A DNA stretch of 64,000 nucleotides from Octopus sinensis (Eukaryota). The stretch spans positions 190,898,001 through 190,962,000 of the forward strand of contig NC_042997.1 in the NCBI RefSeq assembly GCF_006345805.1, read 5' to 3'. Shown piece after piece: positions 37,117-49,400 of this stretch (positions are counted from its first letter, which is position 1; each line of letters begins with the position of its first letter). The position numbers and the translations under genes are program-made. The notes under the pieces are model-generated. The model was given only the letters and a program-made list of their open reading frames with translations, was not told the origin of the DNA and made no database searches.

Positions 37117-39537
37117 ATTTAGACTTCGTGGGGACTGTGTACGCTCAGTTTATCTCGAGAGTGCTTTCTAAAGTTTCATGTAATCAACTTAATTAACTGC
37201 CGAACGAAAGATAACGGCTGTTGGTACAGCTACACTGACACCACTAACAGATTTGTGTAATCTGGTAGTAGTTTTAAACTATTGCAATGATCGTACGCAT
37301 ACACACACACACATACACATACACTGACAAACTCTCCCTCACATGATCGTGCTTTTTAAGTCAGGTGACTTGTGCACATAACAATAGCACACCCTATCAT
37401 TGTATTGAATATCTTTTCACAGTTAATGGCTGTATTGAGCAGACACAAAGTAAAAGTGAGCCATGGACTATGAAGATCTCTCTCTTGATGGGTATAACCT
37501 TAAGTATTCAACTTCCATCCCTACCCGCTGAAATACTTTCTTTTAGGTTCATCTTCTGAAACAAAATTATTGGTTGTTTTTGTTGATTATTTTCTCAGGT
37601 TTTTGTAAACTTTTAAAATGTTCTTTTAATTCCACAGAATTTACAAGGCTTGTCATTCTGGCCATGTTAATGCATTTATGTATGATATATAAATTGAAGT
37701 ATAGTCAGTCAGGCGTAGGAGTGGCTGTGTGGTAAGTAACTTGCTTACCAACCACATGATTCCGGGTTCAGTCCCACTGTGTGACACCTTGGGCAAGTCT
37801 TCTACTATAGCCTCGGGCTAACGAAAGCTTTGTGAGTGGATTTGGGAGACAGAAACTGAAAGAAGCCCATCGTATATATATATGTACCTGTGTGTATATG
37901 TTTGTGTATCTGTGTTTGTCCCCCCAACATCACTTGACAACCGATGCTGGTGTGTTTACGTCCCTGTAACTTAGTGGTTCGGCAAAAGAGACCGATAGAA
38001 TAAATACTAGGCTTACAAAGAATAAGTTCTGGGGGTCGATTTGCTTGACTAAAGGTGGTGCTCCAGCACGACCTCAGTCAAATTACTGAAAACAAGTAAA
38101 AGAGAGTAAAAGAGTAAACTATAATATATCAACTGGACTAAACAATTTATTGCATCTATTTCAAGGCCTTGTGTTTCTAAATTAAAATGTTTATTAGTGT
38201 TAATTTTTTTTTTTGTCTTCATCTTTTCCATCACCAAAATGAATTAAGTATCAGTAATATATTTGAGTTTATTCAATTAATTATACCTCCACATCATCTA
38301 CTACACGTGACCTTTCACATAATAATTTAAGGAAGGCCAACATTCTTAATGTAATAATATTTAGTTCTAATAAAGAAAATATGATAAAGAAGAATCTGAA
38401 GACAATACATTCAGATTGTTATGAAGTATGACATTGGTTCCCAACCTTTCTGCAATATATCTGGAACAACAGGTTTGTAGGCTGCACTTAGCCATTTGGC
38501 CAACTACTGACAGAGATATGCTATGACTGGTCAGAACTGACCTGATGCTATGCAACAACATTTCCGCTACAAAACAATAAACAACCCTCCTCTTCAGTCA
38601 AGTACATCAACATCAACATCTAAATAAAAATCAAATAGAAATTGTAGTTGAGACACCTGTGCCGGTGACACGTAAAAAGCACCGTCCAAACATGGCAGAT
38701 GCCAGCGCTGCCTGATTGGCGTCCATGTCGGTGACATGTAAAAGCACCAACCAATTGTGGCCATTTGCCAGCCTCCTCTGGCCCCTGTGCCGGTGGCATG
38801 TCAAAAAACACCCACTACACTCACGGAGTGGTTGGCGTTAGGAAGGGCATCAAGGTGTAGAAACACTGCCAGATCAGACTGGAACCTGGTACAGCCTCCT
38901 GGCTTCCCAGACCTCGGTCAAACCGTCCAACCCATGCTAGCATGGAAAACGGACGTTAAATGATGAATATAGAAACACTGCCAGATTTGACTGGGCCTGA
39001 TGAAGCCTTCTGGCTTCACAGACCCCAGTAGAACCGTCCAACCCATGCTAGCATGGAAAACGGACGCTAAACGATGATGATGATGATGATGATATATATA
39101 TATATATATATATAGATAAGAGATAATGGTGTCATTGAGGCCCAAAGTGTTAGGTAATGCTGAATAAGTGCTATAGACAGACCATAGTTAAGTGACCTAT
39201 TTTTAGGTCACTTTAAATAAAAGCCTTTGACTCTGCAACACTGTATATAAATTCTCTACTGAGAATGACCAGGTTTAAAAATCTGCTGGATCTCACTGAT
39301 AAGGGAATCTTACATTGCTTATAAACTCTATATTTGGAAGGACTCATTCTAAACTCTGTTGGACTTTTGGACTTTACTCACAGGATATTGGAATATTGAA
39401 TATATACCATTATGTCTACAAAACGGATCTACAACTTCAATACCCATACATATCTTGCATCTATTTTCTTTCCTCCACCTCACTCTCTATTTTGTATCAT
39501 ATCTAAACTAACTACGACTTAACTATCCTCTCACACC

Positions 39538-39589
39538 GTCTTTGATGAAGGGATATTATTAATAAATATCCTAGAAACAGCTGTAAGAC
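39538..39589 (+). ncRNA. Minimal hammerhead ribozyme-like motif, C3-to-U variant
   Basis: GUCU-UUGAUGA-AGGGAUAUU(loop)AAUAUCCUA-GAAAC-AGCU-GUA|AGAC; perfect palindrome ACAGCUGU and 4-bp stem I. Confidence 0.5.
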
Positions 39590-42177
39590 CTTCTATCTAT
39601 AAATGCTCTAATATCTACACAGCCTTGGTTTTTTATCTTATTACGCAAAAAATTCTTATATATATATAAGTCGCCATGATAGATCGTTAGCCACTACACA
39701 CATTTTTTTCTCTCTTTGTTTTTTATGTGTCCCTTTCTGTAGAAGAGCATAGGCTCAAAACGTAAAAGACTTTTTTCTATTCCTAAGCGTTATACTAATA
39801 CATCTGTTTGTTTTGTACACCACTTGTCTTCGTCGTTTGCTTTTTTCGTAAACTCTCCCTATATATATATGTATATGTGTGTGTGTGTGTGTGTGAGTGT
39901 GTCAGTATGTATACATACATACGTATACACACACACACACTCCTAAATACATAAACCACACATCTCAGTATTAATTCTTAGCAGCAGTCTATTGTAATCC
40001 ATGCAGCTCTTTTGCAATTACATGTTCAATAGGTAGAAAGAACATTTATTTATTAACAGCATAACAGAGACAGCCTGACTTCACAAAATCATCCTAAAAT
40101 CTTTCTCATCTCAACTAATGAAACAAAAACAAAAAGAATATCTTTAAGCCTATATTTTGAGCTGACCAGTTGTCTATATATGTTTATCTTTGCTACAATC
40201 ACTATGAAATCTGTTGGACTTTTAAACACAAAGATTAGATAACAAATAAACCAAAGCATTCTCAGACTGTTGCATTGTGCTATACAATATCATGATAATA
40301 CACTACCAAGCTATAATAATACTATTATTATTGCTGCCGCTGCTATATCTTCACATTTCATTGTTAAATGTTTATTGAATAACCCATCATGGGTTACTGA
40401 GTCTGGTTAATTAGCTGCATGGTTCTGTGAAGACAGCCAGGCATAGCTGTGTGGTAAGAAGCTTGCTTCCCACCACATGGTTCTGGGTTCAATCCCTCGA
40501 TGTGACATTGTGGGCAAGTATCTTCTATAGCCTCAGGCCAACCAAAGCTTTGTGAGTGAATTTGGTAGACAGAAACTAAAAGAAGCCTGTCATGTGTGTG
40601 TTTGTGTGTGTGTGTGTGTGTTTGTCCCCCTCCACTGCTTGACAACCTGTGTTGGTTTGTGTATGCCCCCTTAACTTTGTCATTTGGCAAAAAAACAAAA
40701 ATTGATAGAATAAACACCAAGCTAAAGAAAAATAAGTCCTGGGATTGATCTTTTCGACTAAAAGTTCTTCAAGGCTGTACTTCAGCATGGCCACGCTCCA
40801 TTGACTGAAACGGATAAGGGATAAAGTATATGACCATGTATGAGACATATTTGAACTAGTACTTGGTCACTTCATTCTTGAATTCTTGACTAATCAGCTA
40901 GTGCAAGTAACTCACTGCTACTATATATATATATATATATATACAAGCAAAACGCCCCTGCCCCATCCAATGGATGGTGCTGAGTTGTCAAACATTTAAA
41001 CCAAATTTTCTCAAAACAACTTGTCCAACCATCCCATTTTGTGGCATTATTTCAAGCCAGCCAGCTTCTTTTGCGCAAACTGCACATGCATTTTCCTCAT
41101 GTACGCGTAGTATCAATCGCAACAGCTGATGTACTTGCGCGTACAAATGCATGTTCCCATGGCTTTATCTGTCGCATTCTCACCTGGAATCGATTTTTGT
41201 AATTTTTTCAAGACTTATACACACCCTGATACCATCAATATCTACATATCAAATTTGAGCGCAATCGGATGGCGGATGCCTGAGATCCTAGAAGACACAC
41301 ACACACAGACAGACAGAACAGATTTTATATAATAGATATGGCTTATGTTCTCATTAGCTATATATTGCAGTACACAATATCAACATTCATCATAAGGATA
41401 AAAATATTGTACCCAATCTTTTCCTTTGAGCTGTCTTTCTTTCCAGCTCAGAACTACATGATTATGATGAATATACGCTTTCTCTTGTTACTTGAAGCTC
41501 ATCTGACAGCTTAATGCATCCTCCATATAGAAGCTTCACATTCAGTCTTTCCTTTCTGTATTACTGCTAACAGAATGATGGGTGGTAACATCAGCAGGTT
41601 AAATTCTTTGCAATATTAGTGAAGTCTAATGCAGCAAGCTGACAGAATTGTTAGCACGCTGGGCAAATTGCCTTGCAGCATTTCATCATCATCATCAACA
41701 TCATCATTTTTAACATCCATTTTCCGTGCAAGCACGGGTTGGACGGTTCTACTGGGGTCTGGGAAGCCAGGAGGCTGCACCAGGCTCCAGTCTGATCTGC
41801 CAGTGTTTCTACAGCTGGATACCCTTCCTAACGCTAACCACTCCATGAGTGTAGTGGGTGCTTTTTACATGCCACCGGCACAGAAGCCAGTCAAGGCGAC
41901 ACTGGCATCAGTCACATTTGGATGGTGCTTTTTACGTGCCACTGGCACAGGTATCACAACTACAATCCATCTTCAAATTCTGTTGAGGTCGACTTTACCT
42001 TTTTATCCTTTTGTGGTCAATAAATTAAGTACTAGTTCAGCAGTGGGATTGATGTAATCAACTTATCCTCTCCTTGAAATTACTGGCCTTGTGCTAAAAT
42101 TTGAAGTCAATATTTAGTGAAGTCCTTATGTATTCTGATTCCAAACCCTACTGAAATGAAATTTATTTATCCATTTA

Positions 42178-42568
42178 CTAGCAGTATCACCCAGCGTTGC
42201 TCGGGTTTGTTTCGACCCTTTAGAAATGGAATTTTTGAAAAGTAAAAATTTTGCATTATGTAGCTTGTTATTCTCTTTAAGTGAACATTTTTCTGGTTGA
42301 AATACACCGAAAAATGGCGACACAGCAGTAAAAAAATCATAAAAAATAGGGATTTTCATAGAAAAAAAACCCTTTTTGATGTAAATAATTTTTGGTGTTA
42401 ACATGGTCCAATTTGAATTTTATCTTCTATGGAATGAAGAGCAAGCGTTCTTCTATCATAATCTCAATTTTGGTCAACTTGCACCACAGGATCTCAGAGG
42501 AGATAGTGTTAGTTGAAGGCTACCAAACCTGCCACACACAGACAACTTCAGCTTTATATAGAGAGAGA
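42178..42568 (-). mobile_element. Non-autonomous Helitron
   Basis: Minus strand: TC...TATATAAAGCTGAAG 5' end and CCCGAGCAACGCTGGG hairpin...CTAG|T 3' end. Confidence 0.8.
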
Positions 42569-42739
42569 TTTATTACATTTTCCATTATACACAAGATAAC
42601 TGGGTTTGACTAATTACTCTATATTAACAGTACCAGTTTTTTTTTTTGGGGGGGGGGGTTAAACTTTTACAAGCTGGTACAGATCAGACACTTTTCCTCA
42701 GGCAATGTTTTATGCCCTTCTTGTCACCAACCCTTTTAA

Positions 42740-42958
42740 CCCTTTCGTTACCAACCCGGCCAAAACCGGCTCTGACACTGTAGTACAAATGTCTTGTTTT
42801 CATAAGTTTTTCATTAAAATCTTCCACCAAACCTTAGTCACAATTTATGTTCCTAACACTAGCTTAATGATAATTAAATTATTTTACTAAATTCTTTGTT
42901 ATATTTAAAATAATTGAAAGAAACAGAGCATCTCAAAATAAATACAGTAATGAAAGGG
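42740..42958. mobile_element. piggyBac-type MITE
   Basis: TTAA|CCCTTTCGTTAC...GTAATGAAAGGG|TTAA. Confidence 0.85.
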
Positions 42959-43564
42959 TTAATCACCTCTTACGACACAGCAACACAGTGTACTTATTCT
43001 AAAATTGGGCCTTCTGTCTAAACTCGAATATATTGCTCATGGATGGATAGAATTGTTAGAGCATAGGAAAAAATGCCTTGTGCTATTTCTTCTGGCTGTT
43101 TACATTTTGAGTTCAAATTCCGCTGAGGTCAACTTTCCCTTTCATTTCTCCAAGGTCAGAAAAAATTGTACCAGTCAAGTACTGGGATCAGTGTTATCAA
43201 CTAACCCTCTTCCTTCAAAATTGCTGGCTTTGTGTCTGAATCAGAAATCATTAAAGGCATGGATTAACAGAATCATTAGAGCAGTGAACAAAATGCCTTT
43301 CAGTATTTCTTGATCATTACATTCCTAAGTTCAATCCCCACCGGGGTTGATTTTTTCTTTTTTCTTTTTTAACCATTTATCCTTTCAGGGTCAATAAAAT
43401 AAATTAGCAGTCAATAACAGTTTATTCCCCTTTCCTGGCAAATAAACTATGTTTATTTCATTCAAAACTTCCCAATTGGCAATCTTGGGCAAGTGTCTTC
43501 TACTATAGCCTCAGGCCAACCAAAGCCTTGTGAGTGGATTTGGTAGACAGAAACTGAAAGCCTG

Positions 43565-43610
<46 letters not shown>

Positions 43611-44979
43611 ACGTGTGTATGTATATGTGTGTGTGTGTACGTGTGTGTGTATATGTTTGTGTGTCTGTGTTTGTCCCCCACCAACATTGCTTGACAACCG
43701 ATGCTGGTGTGTTTACGTCTCCGTAACTGAGCAGTTCGGCAAAAGACCGATAGAATAAGTACTAGGCTTACAAAGAATAAGTCCTGGGGAGCGATTTGCT
43801 CGACTAAAGGCAGTGCTCCAGCATGGCCACAGTCAAATGACTGAAACAAGTAAAAGAGTAAAGAGTATGAAGAAATACTTTCAACTGAAAGATATCAATT
43901 GTCTTAACCAGCCCAAACTATAATACTGATAATATATATAACCAATTATATTTGTCTTCTATTGCTTAGAAATATATATATATATATATTAATAGTTATT
44001 GCCAAGCTAATATGGCAGTCCAGAAATATAGGACGAATGCTGCTGTTGTTTAGCTCCAAGAGGCCATCGCCTCTAGCTAGCTATATGACACATGAACCTA
44101 TGTCCATTATAACCTTCGAACAGGGGAGGTCAGCTGCTTCCCTTTGCTGGTCAGGCATCTACAGACTAGTTTCAGGGTATTTGCCCTTTATCAATGCAGA
44201 GCAGCCAAACCCAGTAGGCGTCGCTACTGACCATCTGTTCAAAGGATTATTTACCTAAATTTAGTGGAATACATCCGCTGGTTTTCAAAAATAGAAATAT
44301 TAATATATCTAAGTCTCTCTAAAGGAGACTATGTCAGCAGTACTAGATATTAATAGTTATCGCCAAGCTAATATGGTAGTCCAGAAATATAGGATGAATG
44401 CTGCCATTATAATGGATACTGTCAATACAGAGCTAAAACAGTTATTCACTGGTGCCAGATATCCTACCAATCCATGCTTGTATCAAAGAAATAATTGGTA
44501 CATTTTATGTGGTATAATATAGAGTAAACAAGAATAAAATTAATGGATATTTCAGGGTATCACTACACATTTCAAATATGATTACAATTGTGTTACTTAA
44601 TCAGTAACATACTTTATCTTTTACTTGTTTTAATCATTAGACTGTAATGCCTGCTGGGGCACCACCTTGAAGAATTGTTAGTTGAACGAATCAACCCCAA
44701 TACTTATTTTTTAAGCCTGGTAGTTATTCTATCAGGCTCTTTTGTCAAACTGCTCAGTTATGAGGACATAAACACACCAAACCAGCTGTCAATTGGTGAT
44801 GGGACACACAGATATATATATATGACAGGCTTCTTTCAGTTTCCATCTACCATAGTCACTCACAAGTCTTTGGTCAGCCTGAGGCTATAGTAGAAGATAC
44901 TTGCCCAAGGTGTCACACTGCAGAAGTGGTCCCAGAACCATATGGTTGGGAAGCAAACTTCTTACTACATTATGTAAGT

Positions 44980-45510
44980 TCATATTATTATTATTATTCT
45001 ATGTTTGACTTTTGGTTTACATTTGTAAAAGTTGGCTCCAAGTCTCTCCCAGAGACCTCAAGAGACAACAAGTTGGAAGTTCATGTTGGTATTACGCCTA
45101 GGGTGCCATATATTTGGTTTTGTACTTAGTGTTGTACTAGTGAATGTTTAAGAAACCATAAGAAAATTATGTTTGTTTTAAAACGAGATTACATAGAAAG
45201 TATTTTGCATAGGATATGAGCAGTTCCCATGAGCACTATCTTTTGAATTTCTGCCATTTTGGGGTTTCCTGGTAGCAACCAGCCCCTTTTGCTATCATTC
45301 CCAGGGCACCTATGACAACAAGTATTGTTTTAGTCTTCAGGTTCCACATTTTGCTGATTTCTATTTCCAGATCTTTATATTTGCTCAGTTTTTGGTAGGT
45401 CTTGACAGATATGTTTATATTGATTGGGACAGTCATATCAATGAGGAGGCATGTTTTTTTACTGAAGTCTTTCAATATGATGTCTGACCTATTCGCATCA
45501 ATATTTCTGT
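44980..45510 (-). mobile_element. RLE-type (R4/Dong-like) LINE 3' fragment, second subfamily
   Basis: ANRSDIILKDFSKKTCLLIDMTVP...KLSKYKDLEIEISKMWNLKT...VVIGALGMI, homologous to ORF 18470-18856; (TAA)n tail. Confidence 0.85.
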
Positions 45511-46503
45511 CGTTGTCGTCGTCGTCGTCGTCGTCATCATCATCATCATCCTCATCCTCATCCTCCTCCTTCTTCTTCTTCTGTGGAATATCACTTTAAG
45601 AAACTATCATTTTTTTCAGGTGGTATTGCACTGAATATTTTCCTGTTGATACCTTGCCAGGTTCTTATACTGTTACCTACTAAGTTACACAGCTGCACCC
45701 GTATTCAAAATAAACATGCTCTTGAAACACATGTAGTGGTGCACTGGAATATCTATTATCATTGTAATGCTGATACTTGTAGGAGATCTACTACATATGC
45801 TGATAATTGTTGTTTAATTTCATGACTGTTTTGAAATTGAGAAAACCTGTGATGCAAGATATTCTCGTCATGATCATACTAACTTTTTCTTTTCTGTATA
45901 TTGCTTACCACAAACTGTTTTCTGCTGTTGAACACAAACAGTTCCAGTATATTAAATAATTATAATTATCTGCATTCTTTTTCAGTAACTTTTAATGAAA
46001 TAGATTCTCTTTCTAAGTCCTTGTAACAACCTGCCACTTCTAGCAATATGTTGTAGTTATTCAAGTTCATTGCGATGACAGTTCACGTGCAATATTTTGA
46101 TTTTGAATATTATGAGGGGTCACATTTATGTTCAGTCTTGAACACCTCACCATCATTTTTAACAAAAATCAGTAATATTTTATCCAATTTTATATATATA
46201 TATATATGTATATATATATCATCATCGTCATCATCATAATGTCCATCTTCCATTTTGGGACGGATTGAACAGTTTGACAGGATCTAGGCAAGCCAGATAG
46301 CTGCGCCAGGTCCTCTTGTCTGTATTGGCAGGGTTTCTATGACTGGATGCCCTTCCTAATGCCAACCACTTCAAAGTGTACCGGGCGTTTTTATGAGGCA
46401 CCAACACCAGTGGGTTTACCAAGTAACTTGCGAGACAAAGACCTTTCAGCTGGGAGAGGGAATGGAACCAAGGGAAGTGGCTTTATGACAATTCAGAGGT
46501 TAA

Positions 46504-46724
46504 CCCTTTTGATACCAACCCAGCCAAAACCAGCTCTGGCTCTGTAGTACAAATGTCTTACTTTCATAAGTATTGAATTAAAATCGTCCACCAAACTTTA
46601 GTCACAATTTATATTCCCAACACTAGCTAAATTATAACTAAGTTCGTTTACTAAATTCTTTGTGGTATTTAAAATTAATTGAATGAACACAGAACATCTC
46701 AAAATAAATACGGTAACAAAAGGG
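46504..46724. mobile_element. piggyBac-type MITE
   Basis: TTAA|CCCTTTTG...CAAAAGGG|TTAA. Confidence 0.85.
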
Positions 46725-47383
46725 TTAAAGTATAATAGAGGGATAGAGATAGATGTCTTAGTACAGAGGAGATACTTGGCTATCCTGGTATAAACAGAAA
46801 GGAGAGGAATGAGAGAGAGAGAGAGAGATGGTGGAAAGAGTATAAGTGGTACAGAGGGGATAGAGGGGTATGTTCCATAAGAGCATGAGGGGAGATGTTT
46901 AGAGAAGGTGAAGTGACTAGCAAGTGGTGGCGTGGGAAATTGGAGTGGCTGGGAAAGGGGTATAGTAGATATGTGAGGGCATGGTGAGTGTACGGATAGG
47001 TACATGAAGGATGGTGTAAAGAGGCTGCAGCAGGTGGCGGGAAGATGGGTTGTGCGGGTGTTTTGACAAAGGACAGATTTTGTGAGGGGCGGTGTCATGG
47101 TAAAGGCCATGGCTGTGTGTATGTATGTATGGGTGGCCACAATTTTACTTAGTTTGATATGTCTTCTCAAGCAGTCAAATCACCAGAAGTCTTAGTCCCT
47201 TGTCGCCTCCTCTATCTATGCAGGGTGGTTGATGTTAGGAAAAGCCTCCAGCTGCAAAAACCATGCCATAACAGACACAGAAGCCTGGTGCAGTCTTTTG
47301 CCCAGCCAGCTCCTGTCAAAACCATCCAACCCATGCCAGCATGGAAAGCAGACACTAAATGATATATGTATACATATGTAGGA

Positions 47384-47765
47384 GTGGCTGTGTGGTAAAT
47401 AGCTTGCTTATCAACAACTTGGTTCCAGGTTCAGTCCCACTGTGTGGCACCTTGGTCAAGTGTCTTCTACTATAGCCTCGGGCTGACCAAAGCCTTGTGA
47501 GTGGATTTGGTAGACGGAAACTGAAAGAGGTCCGTCGTATATATGTATATATGTGTGTGTGTGTGTTTGTATGTTTGTCCCCCCAACATCGCTTGACAAC
47601 CAATGCTGGTGTGTTTGCATTCCCATAACTTAGCAGTTCAGCAAAAGAGACCGATTGAATAAGTACTAGGCTTCCAAAGAATAAGTCCTGGGATCAATTT
47701 GCTCGACTAAAGGCGGTGCTCCAGCATGGCCACAGTCAAACGACTGAAACAAGTAAAAGAGTAAA
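47384..47765 (+). mobile_element. Major tRNA-derived SINE (family A), full length
   Basis: gtaggagtggctgtgtggtaa head, central (AT/GT)n, ...gactgaaacaagtaaaagagta tail. Other + copies at ~13068, 26120, 33451, 37712, 40445, 43490, 56337 and 57442. Confidence 0.9.
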
Positions 47766-47914
47766 GAGTATATGTACACTCTCAAATATAATGCTATTAT
47801 TCCACATTTTGACCATGGTGATTTTTGTATTAAATTACTTGCATTGTACACAAATAAATAAAATAGTTCATTTATTTTGTCCTTTATTGTACTACACATT
47901 TTTATTGTTGTCAT

Positions 47915-48312
47915 GGTTACTCTTTACTCTTTTACTTGTTTCAGTCATGTGACTGTGGCCATGCTGGAGCACTGCCTTTAGTCGATCAAATCGACCCCAG
48001 GACTTATTCTTTGTAATACTAGTACTTATTTTATCGGTCTCTTTTTTGCTGAACCGCTAAGTTATGGGGACGTAAACACACCAGCATTGGTTGTCAAGTG
48101 ATGTTGGGGGGGACAAACACAGACACGCAAACACGCACATACATATATATACACGATGGGCTTCTTTCAGTTTCCGTCTACCAAATCCACTCACAAGGCT
48201 TTGGTCAGCCCGAGGCTATAGCCAAAGACACTTGCCCAAGGTGCCACGCAGTGGGACTGAACCCGGAACCATGTGGTTCGTAAGCAAGCTACTTACCACA
48301 CAGCCACTCCTA
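47915..48312 (-). mobile_element. Major SINE (family A), full length, inverted relative to the 47384 copy
   Basis: Reverse complement of family A. Other - copies at ~8540, 17520, 24855, 29685, 44615, 48790, 52470 and 61990. Confidence 0.9.
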
Positions 48313-48381
48313 TGGTTATTATTATTATTATTATCATCATCATCATCATCATTATCATTATTATTCTCATTTTTATTACAG

Positions 48382-48476
48382 ATCTAAGTTGGCTAACTTA
48401 TTTAACATTGATAAACAGTCGAATAAGGGCGGAAATGAAAGCCTCACTTACACAGCCCCTAAACAGCCCAAAAAAG
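48382..48476 (+). CDS. FKBP15: FKBP15 exon 2 (SKLANLFNIDKQSNKGGNESLTYTAPKQPKK)
   Basis: ttttattacag|A acceptor and G|GTATG donor; 95 nt, phase 2 to 1. Carries the FKBP15-type motifs KLAxLF and YTAPKQPKK. Confidence 0.95.
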
Positions 48477-48665
48477 GTATGTTACCTTTTTTACTTTTTT
48501 TTTTCTTTCCATATGCCTATTAAATTAATCAGTGACTAAGAATATTTTACAGAATTGTTAATTACATTCTGCTATTGTTGATTGTCTTAGATGTATTTTC
48601 ACCATTTTTTTCCTAAATGAACTTAACCTTATTTTTAATTTTATTCTTTGGTTCTCTTTGCATAG

Positions 48666-48735
48666 AAAGTCCATCTACTGCTTCAGAAAGTACTCCTGCA
48701 TTGACGATGGCCTGTGCAGTTCAAGCTTTCAAATA
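48666..48735 (+). CDS. FKBP15: FKBP15 exon 3 (ESPSTASESTPALTMACAVQAFKY)
   Basis: ctctttgcatag acceptor and TA|GTAAG donor; 70 nt, phase 1 to 2. Matches recalled ATAVHAYRY. Confidence 0.93.
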
Positions 48736-48789
48736 GTAAGTATTTCTAATTAAAATATTCCCAAAACTTAAGATAAAAGCAAAAGCCTT

Positions 48790-49200
48790 CTCTTTACTCT
48801 TTACTCTTTTACTTGTTTCAGTCATTTGACTGCGGCCATGCTGGAGCACCGCCTTTAGTCGAGCAAATCGACCCTGGGACTTATTCTTTGTAAGCCCAGT
48901 ACTTATTCTATCGGTCTCTTTTGCCAAACCGCTAAGTGACGGGGACGTAAACACACCAGCATCGGTTGTCAAGCAATGCTAGGGGCACAAACACAGACAC
49001 ACAAACATATAAACACACATATACATATATGTACATATATACGACAGGCTTCTTTCAGTTTCCGTCTACCAAATCCACTCACAAGGCATTGGTCGGCCTG
49101 AGGCTATAGCAGAAGACACTTGCCCAAGATGCCACGCAGTGGGACTGAACCCGGAACCATGTGGTTGGTTAGCAAGCTACTTACCACACAGCCACTCCTG
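48790..49200 (-). mobile_element. Major SINE (family A), full length
   Basis: Begins ~55 nt downstream of the exon 3 donor. Confidence 0.9.
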
Positions 49201-49400
49201 CACCTTCTTGGATTTTTTTTTCTTTTTTTGAATGTGAGATTAGATATGAGATTAGCTACAAAGTATTTCATGCATAAAATTTGTTATATTGGGAAGAAAG
49301 ATAATTTTTTAAAAAATTTCTTTATTTTGTCATTCATAGCTGTGTGTTAAGAAATTTGCTTCTCCACCACACAGAGGTTCGGTTCCACTGTGTAGTACCT

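Noticed and set aside
46598-47170. 190-aa minus-strand ORF
   Set aside because: It spans a pyrimidine-rich low-complexity tract and a piggyBac MITE; no domain is recognisable.
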